Source: a virus
Lineage: Duplodnaviria; Caudoviricetes
Reading direction: 5' to 3' (one strand)
DNA length: 64,000 bases
IMG/VR virus record: IMGVR_UViG_3300021375_000006
The notes under the pieces are model-generated. The model saw only the letters and a program-made list of their open reading frames with translations. It had not been told where the DNA came from and searched no databases. Position numbers and translations under genes: made by a program. Of this stretch, positions 37,268 through 46,428 are shown piece by piece. The number at the start of each line of letters is the position of its first letter. The first letter of the stretch is position 1.

Positions 37268-37945
37268 CTAGAGTTCGTAGATAACCGGGACTCCATTTTC
37301 AATACAAAGATACTCATAAGGAAGTGTATCAATAAAATAGTGGTTATCATCATAGTCAATTTGATGCATGTGTGTATGTCCAGCGATTTGAATAATAGTA
37401 TCATCAAGAGGATTACGTCTTAGTGCTTCAGGTCTAATCCACATTGGACCTTCACCATCATAATTACCATACATTTCCATACCGCTATGATTAAATGATC
37501 TTTTATCATAAGACCAAAGATCATTAATCTGTTCTGAAATATTACCATCTTCTGGGAAATTGGCTTTATACCATTCTTTCGAAACACCAGCATGTGTAAA
37601 TAAAAACTTATCTACTTGATATGCAACTTGTAAGTGGTGCTTATTTTCTCTTAATAGTTCACTAATTTCAGCTGCGTGCCAAGCACTCCAACCACCATAC
37701 CTTCCTCCACAATCTGCCATGTAATGGAAATCATGGTTACCAATCAACATAGTTACTTTAATCTTTGACGCTTCTTTCCACTCAATGATTTCTTTAAAAT
37801 TAAAAATACACTCCGCATGGTTTCTAGTAAAAGAATCAAAGTAATCTCCGATGAATACAAATTCAGTCGCATCGCCATGTGCCTGCATAACTTGCTTCCA
37901 CTTGTTACAGCCATGAATATCTCCGATAACTACAATCTTACTCAT
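37268..37945 (-). CDS. Calcineurin-like metallophosphoesterase
   Basis: GDIHG, GDYFD, GNHD, THAG, GHTH. Confidence 0.92.
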   Translation of the reverse strand: MSKIVVIGDIHGCNKWKQVMQAHGDATEFVFIGDYFDSFTRNHAECIFNFKEIIEWKEASKIKVTMLIGNHDFHYMADCGGRYGGWSAWHAAEISELLRENKHHLQVAYQVDKFLFTHAGVSKEWYKANFPEDGNISEQINDLWSYDKRSFNHSGMEMYGNYDGEGPMWIRPEALRRNPLDDTIIQIAGHTHMHQIDYDDNHYFIDTLPYEYLCIENGVPVIYEL

Positions 37946-38099
37946 TGTCTTTGTTTTTGTGTTTCTTCTTTCTTGAGTACTTGGTTTTATCAGGCACTGT
38001 TTGTTGTGTCATCTTCTTAGAAATATGATGTGCAGCCTCACCTGGAGACCATCCTCCGTTAAAGTCTAATTTGTCATCATGTTTCTTTTTCTTGTTCAT
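37938..38099 (-). CDS. Small basic protein (53 aa), first gene after an early-type promoter
   Basis: Translated by hand: MNKKKKHDDKLDFNGGWSPGEAAHHISKKMTQQTVPDKTKYSRKKKHKNKDNE. Confidence 0.7.
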   Translation of the reverse strand: MNKKKKHDDKLDFNGGWSPGEAAHHISKKMTQQTVPDKTKYSRKKKHKNKDNE

Positions 38100-38121
38100 C
38101 ACAGTACTAATATAATAAAAA

Positions 38122-38147
38122 AGCCTGACATAAAAAAATATCAGGCT
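38122..38147 (-). terminator. Terminator of the 38-48 kb late operon, overlapping an early promoter
   Basis: AGCCTGA-N12-TCAGGCT followed by a T run on the minus strand. Confidence 0.75.
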
Positions 38148-38172
38148 AATTATTTTGTAAAAAGTTTGTCCT

Positions 38173-39930
38173 TTATAGTGGCCAAATCATGGATGTGCCT
38201 GCATCATGCCATTCACTATACCACCCTTTTTTATTAAGTTCCTTTTCCCATTTGTTATCTACACCAAACGTTCTGTTCTTGTAGTCTTCAGAATAGTAGT
38301 CATAAATTTCTCTACCTTTATACTCATCGCCATTCTCACCTGAAACCCAGATACCACCTTGAGAACCGTTGAACTCTTCAGTAGTTCTTACAAAGTCCAT
38401 ATACTTTTCGATCCACTTAATCATAGCGTCTCTATCAAGTTTCTTTTCAGTAATAGGTTCTACAGATTCAAATGCAACTTCTTTATCAACTATTTCAAAA
38501 CTAACTGAATTATGAATACTTGTTTTTCTCTTCTTTTCTTTACCTTTACTTATTTCAACAAATGCTTCTTGTCCTCCAACTTCACCAGCAACTCTTTTAT
38601 AGAAATAACCATGCTCTGTTTTGATATATTCACCTACATTTACACTCATTGCCTCAGTAACTACAGATTCTGCAAATGCCTCAATATCCCACTGGATTCT
38701 TTGCATTGGGTCATCGTATGGGAATTCTTTCTCTACCCAGTCAATTAGACCTGGTTCAAACTCAGCGTTTTGAGCCATATCAAAAGCATTCTTCCAGCCA
38801 TCATTAGACGCTACATCCTCTAACCACTGGTCATACTTCTTTTGATTCCATCTCTTCATGGCTTTCTTTCTGTTCTTCTCAGCCTCTTTCTTCATGGCAT
38901 CTAATTTAGCCATGTCTGCTCTTCTAAGCTTATCTTGTCTTAGTCTGATTAGAACAGGATCGTTATAGTCCGTCGCCTCTGTCATCATTTCCTCTTGAGC
39001 GAACTTGTTATACTCTTTTGACCACTTCTTCCATTCAGCTGGAGTAGCATAATCTTCTAATACATCAACTACATCTCTGTTACCTTTTTGTTCAATAACT
39101 TGGTCTGCAATCCATCTACCTGCTTTTGCATTTAAGTAATAAAGTGCGCCTGCATCAGAGAATTTGTAAGATTCAGTTAACCATGCCATTGCAGAATGCC
39201 AGTTATCTTCAATCTCTCTACGTTTAAAACCTGCAAGTTCTAATGTACCCCAGAAACCATAGGCTTCATTTACATCGTCGATTGAGTATTGATTTTTCTT
39301 ACCGAACTTAAATGCTTCATTAACTAAAGATTCGCTAACAAAATTATTAAATTGTGTAAATAGTTTAAATCCTTCCATCTCTAGTTTCTTTTTTGTTTTG
39401 TCTTTTTTAGCCTCCTCTTCGTCATCATCAATATCTGCTACTGAAGGTACATCGCCAGAACCTATACCGCCATCAGAAGGTAGAACCACAGGGCCCATAC
39501 CGCCTATATTAGCACTAGGTGTAATATTTTGTGCTGCATGTGCAAAATCTTCATCCACAGCAACACCTCTCTTTTTTAAGATCTTTTCAATTTCTTGGTA
39601 AGCTCTCTTGTAATCAGATTTAGAGTAGTGCATTCCTTTAGCATAGTTAGCATAACCATCTAATGCTCCGTTATACATTCCTAGTAATTCTTCATCTGAC
39701 ATTTTATCATTGAATACAAATGGTCCAATAAATGCTTCATCTACCGTCTCTGGTAGTTTATCATGTTTTGTAGAAGCGTATTTCTTTAAGTCTTTCTTTG
39801 TCATTCCGTCTGATAATGATTTTACTTTGTCTCTATAAGCTGGGTCGATGTCTGAGATTTCCATATCACCGGATTTAACAGCGTATGCCATTCCCATTAA
39901 TCTTTGTTGTGACTTACTTACAGATGGCAT
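38173..39930 (-). CDS. Multi-module putative internal head polyprotein
   Basis: N-terminal SKSQQRLMGMA...KYASTKH module; modules bounded by TVDE, AVDE, ESLVNE, MMTE, ESVVTE and PITE; internal FTQFNNF motif. Confidence 0.6.
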   Translation of the reverse strand: MPSVSKSQQRLMGMAYAVKSGDMEISDIDPAYRDKVKSLSDGMTKKDLKKYASTKHDKLPETVDEAFIGPFVFNDKMSDEELLGMYNGALDGYANYAKGMHYSKSDYKRAYQEIEKILKKRGVAVDEDFAHAAQNITPSANIGGMGPVVLPSDGGIGSGDVPSVADIDDDEEEAKKDKTKKKLEMEGFKLFTQFNNFVSESLVNEAFKFGKKNQYSIDDVNEAYGFWGTLELAGFKRREIEDNWHSAMAWLTESYKFSDAGALYYLNAKAGRWIADQVIEQKGNRDVVDVLEDYATPAEWKKWSKEYNKFAQEEMMTEATDYNDPVLIRLRQDKLRRADMAKLDAMKKEAEKNRKKAMKRWNQKKYDQWLEDVASNDGWKNAFDMAQNAEFEPGLIDWVEKEFPYDDPMQRIQWDIEAFAESVVTEAMSVNVGEYIKTEHGYFYKRVAGEVGGQEAFVEISKGKEKKRKTSIHNSVSFEIVDKEVAFESVEPITEKKLDRDAMIKWIEKYMDFVRTTEEFNGSQGGIWVSGENGDEYKGREIYDYYSEDYKNRTFGVDNKWEKELNKKGWYSEWHDAGTSMIWPL

Positions 39931-39931
39931 A

Positions 39932-40474
39932 TTATTTTCCGTCTATTTGAATAACTTCGTTATCTCTAATTTCAAGATTGTTGTTACCAACTGATTCATC
40001 ATATTCACCGTAAATAACTTCACTTTTAGATGCTAATGGAGAATTCATCATTCCAGTCTTATCTATTTTTCTAGCGAATTTTTTACCGTTAACATCATCC
40101 ATAAAGCCTACGTTAATTACTACTTCGTATGAAAGATATAATGTGTTGTCCGGGTCTATATCATTTAAACCATTAACCTCATCTATAGCGAATCCATTAA
40201 AAAGATTGGCAGTAACAAATAAGATACCATCCATGCCACCTGCTCCTTTTTCTACTTGATCTAAAATGATCTTCTTAGCTTTATCTTCAAACTTAGCCCA
40301 CTCTTTATTAACTTCTTCTTGAGTTACTACATTAATACCTTCGTATTTTACTGTTTTAATTTCTTGTTTAAACGCTTGCATTACTTTACCTACAAGACCT
40401 TTAGCCGCGTAGATACCAGTCATTCTATATGACTTCTCGTTTAGGAATTGTTCGAATGTTGGAATTGTTTTCAT
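39932..40474 (-). CDS. Putative internal head protein with TFEQFLNE leader
   Basis: MKTIPTFEQFLNEK. Confidence 0.6.
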   Translation of the reverse strand: MKTIPTFEQFLNEKSYRMTGIYAAKGLVGKVMQAFKQEIKTVKYEGINVVTQEEVNKEWAKFEDKAKKIILDQVEKGAGGMDGILFVTANLFNGFAIDEVNGLNDIDPDNTLYLSYEVVINVGFMDDVNGKKFARKIDKTGMMNSPLASKSEVIYGEYDESVGNNNLEIRDNEVIQIDGK

Positions 40475-40491
40475 ATCTTATATTAGTTTTA

Positions 40492-42864
40492 TTACCAAGC
40501 GTAATCGAACTTCTCGATCTTGTTTATTCTTTCTTTAATTTGTTTCGCGTAGTTCTTAGATTCTCTTTCGTAGTAAGATTCTTTTTCGCCATATCTAGCT
40601 TCAGATTCTTCTGCTTGTCTAATGTAATCTACATATCTAGAATAGTCATCTAAAATATTTGACATGTGTTGAGATGCATCTTTTGCTTTTACTTCTTTAC
40701 CTTTTGCGTTTTCACCAATTTTGATTTCTTGGTATCTAGTCTTCTCACCTTTTGCTAAACCATCTGAGATTTGCTTAGCCAGTTTATCGATTGCATCTGC
40801 TACCATTTTATCTAGTGGTAAGCTTGCAGCTTTATTAGCTAAGATCTTGTGGTATCTATTTTGGTTAGCCTCTTTAAAGTCTTTATCAGATTTGAATGCT
40901 GTTGCACCGGCTTTAGCTTCTGCTCTTGCACTTCTTAATTGGTCAGTAGAATACTTTTGTCTAATTAATTCTAGGTTAATAACAATAACTCTATCGGACA
41001 TCTCTGCAATTCTCTTACCGTTGTTAAGACCTGATGCACCCCAACCCCTGTATTTGTGGTTGATACCGATTTGACCCTCAGAACCTTTTTTCTCTTTAGA
41101 CCAAGATCTACCACCTGACCATCTTGACCATTCATTAGCATAGAATTGTCTGTCACCAGACATAGCTGCTAATACAATACCTCCACCAGGAACCATTTTA
41201 TAGTCATTCCATGATCCGTTGTTATGGTCATAGTATGGATTTTCTTTCTCGTTATCTGAGATAAAGAAAAGTACGTGGCTTGAACCGCCGTAGTTTTTAA
41301 ATATCTTTGATACATCGTTGCTAATAATAAAATCTTCATCTTCGATTTTATCAAGAGCTACTTTAGATAGGTTGTAAAAACCTTTAGCTAAATTAGAAAG
41401 ATTTTTCTTACTTTCTTTACCCTCTCTACCGTTCGATAGAACTGTTCTTAATATAGAGGATTTGATTGCTTCGTTAAGAAAGTTAGCTCCAACGAAGTCG
41501 CTAAATGACTCAAACAAGTTTATTTCGTTTTTCATATTTGTATTTTCTTCTAGTTTTTTAGCAGCTAAATCTTTATCTCTTTTGGATACGTTATCTAGGT
41601 AAGAGCCGTCTCCCCAGAATTTAACAACTAATTCAGTTTGAGTAGTTGAATGCATACCTGGTTTGTAAACTGCAATATCTCTTAATTTCTTGTTAGAAGC
41701 AATGGTTTGCTTCATGAAGTCAAGAGCTTGTTTCTCGTTTCTAAACTTTTTCATAGCACTTACACCGTCACTATAGATAACTTCATAGTTTTCAGTAACT
41801 GCAGATTCTTCTAAATATAAGTTTACATATTTACTACCTTTTTCTGAGTAAATTGAAGTAATTTTAAAATCACCTTTAATTGATTTACCAGTATCTTTTT
41901 TATACCAATCTGCATAATAAGCTTTAAAGAATAAGTTTGGTTCTAGTTCTCCAAAGAAGTGTGAAAGTTTACCTAAATAAAATTCAGCTTTAGGATATAC
42001 TTTTAAAATATCTTTTTCTGTTTCAGCATCTAGAACTGCTTTATCAAATTCTTTTACAAATTTAGCTTCAGTAACTTTTGACTCATCCACTCTCTTGATA
42101 GTATCGTGGAACCAATCTTCTGGCTCATCTCTATAATCAGTGTAAACATCAATTTCCCATTCATCACCGAATTGGTCAACGCCAACATAATACCAATCTT
42201 TGCCCTCGTTACCGTGGTCGTCAATAATATCACCTTGGTCAAACTCTACTTCATACTTCTTACCACCATCTTTAAATTCAATATATGGGAATTTATCTTT
42301 AGTAACTTTGATCTTCTCGTTTACTACTGACTCTTCGATATACTCGGCTAAATCTGGATCGTCCCATCCAAGTTCTGGATCTGCTAGTACTTTTTCAAGA
42401 TCCTTTCTCTTACCCTGCATTGTGATAACTGGAGTACCACCGCCTGGACCGTCCATTACTTTATTGATAATCTTAACTTTATTCTTCTTTAAGAATTTTA
42501 AGAAGTCTTTATCATCAGGGTTAATTGCATCCATCTCTACTGTAGCCTCAAATACCTCAGCAGCTTTAGGAGTTTCATCTAGCTCAGCTAGAATTCTACG
42601 TCCCCATTTTGAAAGCTTTACACCATCTTCAGAAACATTAAAGTACTTTCTATTTCTAGAAGCCCATTGATTTGAACTAGTAGATAATTCAGAAAGAATC
42701 TTATTGAATTCTTCTCTTGTTACCACGCCATCTGCAATTGCCTGTAAGACTGCGTTTCTTACGCTAGCAGTTTTACCTACAGTTTGAGCAGGGTGGTTCT
42801 CTGTATATTTTCTTTTGATTTGCAATTTCTTGCCTTCCGATAAAAAGTCTTCGAAGTTTATCAT
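40492..42864 (-). CDS. Multi-module putative internal head polyprotein
   Basis: MINFEDFLSE leader; linkers EVFE, ESVVNE, ESKVTE, ESAVTE; internal MKNEINLFESFSDF...FLNE. Confidence 0.6.
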   Translation of the reverse strand: MINFEDFLSEGKKLQIKRKYTENHPAQTVGKTASVRNAVLQAIADGVVTREEFNKILSELSTSSNQWASRNRKYFNVSEDGVKLSKWGRRILAELDETPKAAEVFEATVEMDAINPDDKDFLKFLKKNKVKIINKVMDGPGGGTPVITMQGKRKDLEKVLADPELGWDDPDLAEYIEESVVNEKIKVTKDKFPYIEFKDGGKKYEVEFDQGDIIDDHGNEGKDWYYVGVDQFGDEWEIDVYTDYRDEPEDWFHDTIKRVDESKVTEAKFVKEFDKAVLDAETEKDILKVYPKAEFYLGKLSHFFGELEPNLFFKAYYADWYKKDTGKSIKGDFKITSIYSEKGSKYVNLYLEESAVTENYEVIYSDGVSAMKKFRNEKQALDFMKQTIASNKKLRDIAVYKPGMHSTTQTELVVKFWGDGSYLDNVSKRDKDLAAKKLEENTNMKNEINLFESFSDFVGANFLNEAIKSSILRTVLSNGREGKESKKNLSNLAKGFYNLSKVALDKIEDEDFIISNDVSKIFKNYGGSSHVLFFISDNEKENPYYDHNNGSWNDYKMVPGGGIVLAAMSGDRQFYANEWSRWSGGRSWSKEKKGSEGQIGINHKYRGWGASGLNNGKRIAEMSDRVIVINLELIRQKYSTDQLRSARAEAKAGATAFKSDKDFKEANQNRYHKILANKAASLPLDKMVADAIDKLAKQISDGLAKGEKTRYQEIKIGENAKGKEVKAKDASQHMSNILDDYSRYVDYIRQAEESEARYGEKESYYERESKNYAKQIKERINKIEKFDYAW

Positions 42865-42866
42865 AA

Positions 42867-43250
42867 TTATGCTTTAATTTTTGCTAGTTTACCCTGTTTC
42901 TCTTCATACTGGAATGAGAACTTAGACTTTGCGAAAAGTGTTCCCATTGAGAATGAGACATAAACTCCGTCTGGTTTTTTCATAGCAGTCTTATATGCTT
43001 CTGCTGCAGCAGCCTCATCGTCAAAAATACCAATGTATTGTTTCTTGCTACCACCATTCTCTAGTCTAATTCTTTGACCATAGAAGTCTACTTCATTGTG
43101 AGCAAATACTAAATACTTTGTATTACCTTTTTCTGGTAGGTTGTCGCTATGCTCTCCAAATGAAGTTCTATCATTGTAGTAGTAAGAACCAAATTGAATA
43201 GACTCATTTACTGAATCTCTGAAGCCTTCGAATGTTTTTATGTTTTTCAT
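42867..43250 (-). CDS. Putative internal head protein with TFEGF leader
   Basis: MKNIKTFEGFRDSVNES. Confidence 0.6.
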   Translation of the reverse strand: MKNIKTFEGFRDSVNESIQFGSYYYNDRTSFGEHSDNLPEKGNTKYLVFAHNEVDFYGQRIRLENGGSKKQYIGIFDDEAAAAEAYKTAMKKPDGVYVSFSMGTLFAKSKFSFQYEEKQGKLAKIKA

Positions 43251-43269
43251 ATTAATATGCTATATTTGT

Positions 43270-45129
43270 TTATATATTCTTTAAAAAATCATCGAAGGTT
43301 AGGAATTCTGGTTGTGCAGATTCTGCAGCAACACCCATCGAGTCTTCTAATTTCATTTTAAGTTCTCCATACATACCATGTATATCCTTAGGAGTTAATT
43401 TCTTAAATAGTCTTTCGTCACCATCAAGCATTGCGTTTCTAACCTGAGTTGCTGAAATATTCTTGCCTGATCTTGGAATTTCAAATAAACCAAAATCGTC
43501 TCTTACACCTAGATCGTCTCTGTATTCTTGTTTATCTGCTTGATAACTATAGACTTTCATTCTATCAGTTCCAGTTCCCCATAATACTGGCTCGTATTGT
43601 GGTCTTAATTCATTAAACATTTTATCAATTGCTGCAGTAGGTAAAATCTTTACATCTTCAATTGGATAAGAAGATTTTAATTTTTGTAACATTGATAGTT
43701 GAGTCTCTTCGTCGTAAGGTCTCTTGAATGCATCTTCTGCTTTCTTAGTTTTAGACTTAATTAAAAAGATAACTACTGGATAACCGTTTTGTTTATAGAT
43801 AGTTTCAATAACTTTAGCGTGTCCTAATGTAAATGGTTGAAATCTACCAACAAACATATTTACAGGCTTCTTACCTTGATCTTTATACTTAACAGTTAAG
43901 CCTTCCATGATTGGACTAACTTGAGCTGAAATTTTTTGGTTTAATAAATATTGTTTAAAATCCATTACGTCTGATTCATTTGCTTTTGCCATTATTAAAC
44001 CCTCAATGGTTTCAACGATCTCGTTGATCTGCTCCATTAAATCTTTATTAATAAGGTCGGTTTCTTTAGTTCTCTTTTTTCTAAAAGAGCCTAATACAAT
44101 CTTAAATAACTCAGATAATATCTTATCTTGTACTAAAGTAAGTGTCTTTTCGTTTTGAATAAACTTATTATTTAATTCAAACATAGGAGATTCAGAAAAG
44201 TCTGCAGAGTCAAATTTAGCACCAATATATTTTGTAGCATTTTTTTCTACATAATTATTAAAAATAGATGACATTAATTCTAAATATCTTCTATCTACCT
44301 TTCCTTCTTTTAATTCTATTGATGAGAAATCAAATTGTACTAAATGTTCTACAACATCTAAAATTGTAATTTGATACATGTCTGATGGTTTTCTTGGATC
44401 CATCGGTTTTTTATTAAACTTCTCTAATTTAAAAGATTGTAATTCTGTTCCGTCATGAAAATTAATAATAAACCCTGCAACATCTTTTGAAAGATCGTTC
44501 ATTAAAGCAGATTGCTTCATATTCTCATTAAAAATACCGAATACTGTTCTTGTAAAGCTAGGCTTCTCAAAGTCTTCAAATGTCTGTTCAAATTCATTAA
44601 CCGACATTGCAAGAATTTGTTTTAATCTATCCTTTTGACCTGAGTCAAGTTGACCTTCAAATAATATAGGTGGTTTTGAAACATTTAGTTTATCCGCCCA
44701 CTTATTAAGTATTTTGGTATCTCTAATTACCTTTCTAACTTTATTAGGATTAGATGGTTGTAAAACTTGTATATGCGTTAAAATTAAATTTGATTCTGGT
44801 AAAACATCATACTCCACATCAATTGTTTTATTATCGCCAAGATATTCAAATCCAAACTTCCAGTCAAATGGCATATCTTCTATAACTTCTTTAGAAACAG
44901 ACTTAAAGTGGCGAATTGCGTTCTCATAGTATCTGACAATTGTACGATCTACTATATCCATTGGTTGCTTAGAACCAGATTTATAGTATGCAAAATCAGT
45001 ACCTTGTCTTCTTGCATGAAAAGATGAACCGTTGATTTTCTCAGTCACAATACATTTGTGGTTAAGTAGTTTATCAACGTCTGCTGTGTTAGCTCCTTCG
45101 AAATATGTTTTTAAATTGTCTAATGCCAT
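43270..45129 (-). CDS. Ligase-fold nucleotidyltransferase-like domain fused to an HxGH-type (cytidylyltransferase-like) domain
   Basis: N-terminal VTEKINGSSF; C-terminal FVGRFQPFTLGH...GTDR...ISATQVRNA. Confidence 0.75.
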   Translation of the reverse strand: MALDNLKTYFEGANTADVDKLLNHKCIVTEKINGSSFHARRQGTDFAYYKSGSKQPMDIVDRTIVRYYENAIRHFKSVSKEVIEDMPFDWKFGFEYLGDNKTIDVEYDVLPESNLILTHIQVLQPSNPNKVRKVIRDTKILNKWADKLNVSKPPILFEGQLDSGQKDRLKQILAMSVNEFEQTFEDFEKPSFTRTVFGIFNENMKQSALMNDLSKDVAGFIINFHDGTELQSFKLEKFNKKPMDPRKPSDMYQITILDVVEHLVQFDFSSIELKEGKVDRRYLELMSSIFNNYVEKNATKYIGAKFDSADFSESPMFELNNKFIQNEKTLTLVQDKILSELFKIVLGSFRKKRTKETDLINKDLMEQINEIVETIEGLIMAKANESDVMDFKQYLLNQKISAQVSPIMEGLTVKYKDQGKKPVNMFVGRFQPFTLGHAKVIETIYKQNGYPVVIFLIKSKTKKAEDAFKRPYDEETQLSMLQKLKSSYPIEDVKILPTAAIDKMFNELRPQYEPVLWGTGTDRMKVYSYQADKQEYRDDLGVRDDFGLFEIPRSGKNISATQVRNAMLDGDERLFKKLTPKDIHGMYGELKMKLEDSMGVAAESAQPEFLTFDDFLKNI

Positions 45130-45137
45130 AATAGTTT

Positions 45138-46409
45138 TTATCTACCGTATTTAATAATACCCATTAACTGGTTAATAGCGGCAAAAGTTCCAGTTAACTT
45201 GAATGTTTTACCATTGTATTTAAAGACTAGGCCTTCTGTTGGAATGATTGACTCAATACCGCCGATACCTTCTAGTCTCTTTAATTCTTTTTCTACTTTC
45301 TCAATTTGTTTTAGATCTCCGTTCTTTTTAACTTTGTCAGCTTCAGTTCTGATTTGCTTATGTAATCTTGCTTTCTCAGCCTCTGGGTTAGCAGCAACAA
45401 AATTAGAAACGTTCTTTAAAACATCTGCACCTAATTCTAAAAATAGGTTCTCGAAAGGTAGAATGTTTTCTTTATACTTCTTATTTCTTTGACCATCAAA
45501 ATCTTTGACAGCTTTTGCTTGTTCTGGAGTAACTGCTTTCTTTAAGTCTCTCATATTTAGAGTCTTCTTGTCTAAGTATGCCCATCTTAATAGAAGTCCT
45601 TCTTTTAATACTGGGTCTAAATCCCCAAAGTTCTCTTCGATTTGGTTTCTCCACCAAGCCTCGTGATACATTTTAACCTCATCTTGATCTGATAGACTAT
45701 AAGTATCTCTTAGTTTATTTATCGCCTTTTCGTAATAGCCGACTCTCTCATCAAAGTTAATATCTTTTCCTAACTTTAAAATTTGAGGGGGAATTATTGT
45801 AAAGGTCTTTTGCACATCAGCTTTTAACTCTCTAAGTGCTTTTACAATCTCACCTGCAATATTCTCTTCACCTATGATATTACCAGCACCATCAGTAACT
45901 TTCATACCGTGGAATTGAATAACATCTCTGTCATAATAGATTACATTAGGATTCTTAGAGTAAATTAGCTCCATGTTGATAAATGAGTTACCATCTTGGA
46001 ATACAGATTGGTCCTTAAGCTTTGGGAGCGCATCTGCTAGATCTTTAGCAGCAAAGATAAATGTTTCTTCAACCAGCTTTGAAGCATGGCCAGTAAACAT
46101 CTTAATGATACCATTTAGGTCGAGTGGATTAGCTAGTTGCCCTTTATTTCTAGCGAACATAGCTTTACCATCTTTTACAGTTGCAAATACATTCTGACCA
46201 TCTGTCTTTTCAGTTGGTGCCTCTTCAAAATCAAGACCTCCTTGTAGTGCAGACTTTACAATTCTCTTGAAATCTGCAAACGTTAATGAGTGGTCATCGA
46301 ATGGGTGCATCATGTGACCAGCGGCACCACCTTCAAATACGAAATTGTCCAAGTTATTGACCTGGACTTTCTCGTTTAAGAATTCTTTAAATGTATATAG
46401 TTTCTTCAT
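45138..46409 (-). CDS. ATP-dependent ligase-fold (RNA ligase-like) nucleotidyltransferase with TFKEFLNE leader
   Basis: EGGAAGHMMHPFD; motif I EKTDG, III NMEL, IIIa IQFH, IV EGLVF, V KTFKL. Confidence 0.7.
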   Translation of the reverse strand: MKKLYTFKEFLNEKVQVNNLDNFVFEGGAAGHMMHPFDDHSLTFADFKRIVKSALQGGLDFEEAPTEKTDGQNVFATVKDGKAMFARNKGQLANPLDLNGIIKMFTGHASKLVEETFIFAAKDLADALPKLKDQSVFQDGNSFINMELIYSKNPNVIYYDRDVIQFHGMKVTDGAGNIIGEENIAGEIVKALRELKADVQKTFTIIPPQILKLGKDINFDERVGYYEKAINKLRDTYSLSDQDEVKMYHEAWWRNQIEENFGDLDPVLKEGLLLRWAYLDKKTLNMRDLKKAVTPEQAKAVKDFDGQRNKKYKENILPFENLFLELGADVLKNVSNFVAANPEAEKARLHKQIRTEADKVKKNGDLKQIEKVEKELKRLEGIGGIESIIPTEGLVFKYNGKTFKLTGTFAAINQLMGIIKYGR

Positions 46410-46428
46410 AAGAAGTTTTAGATTGTTT

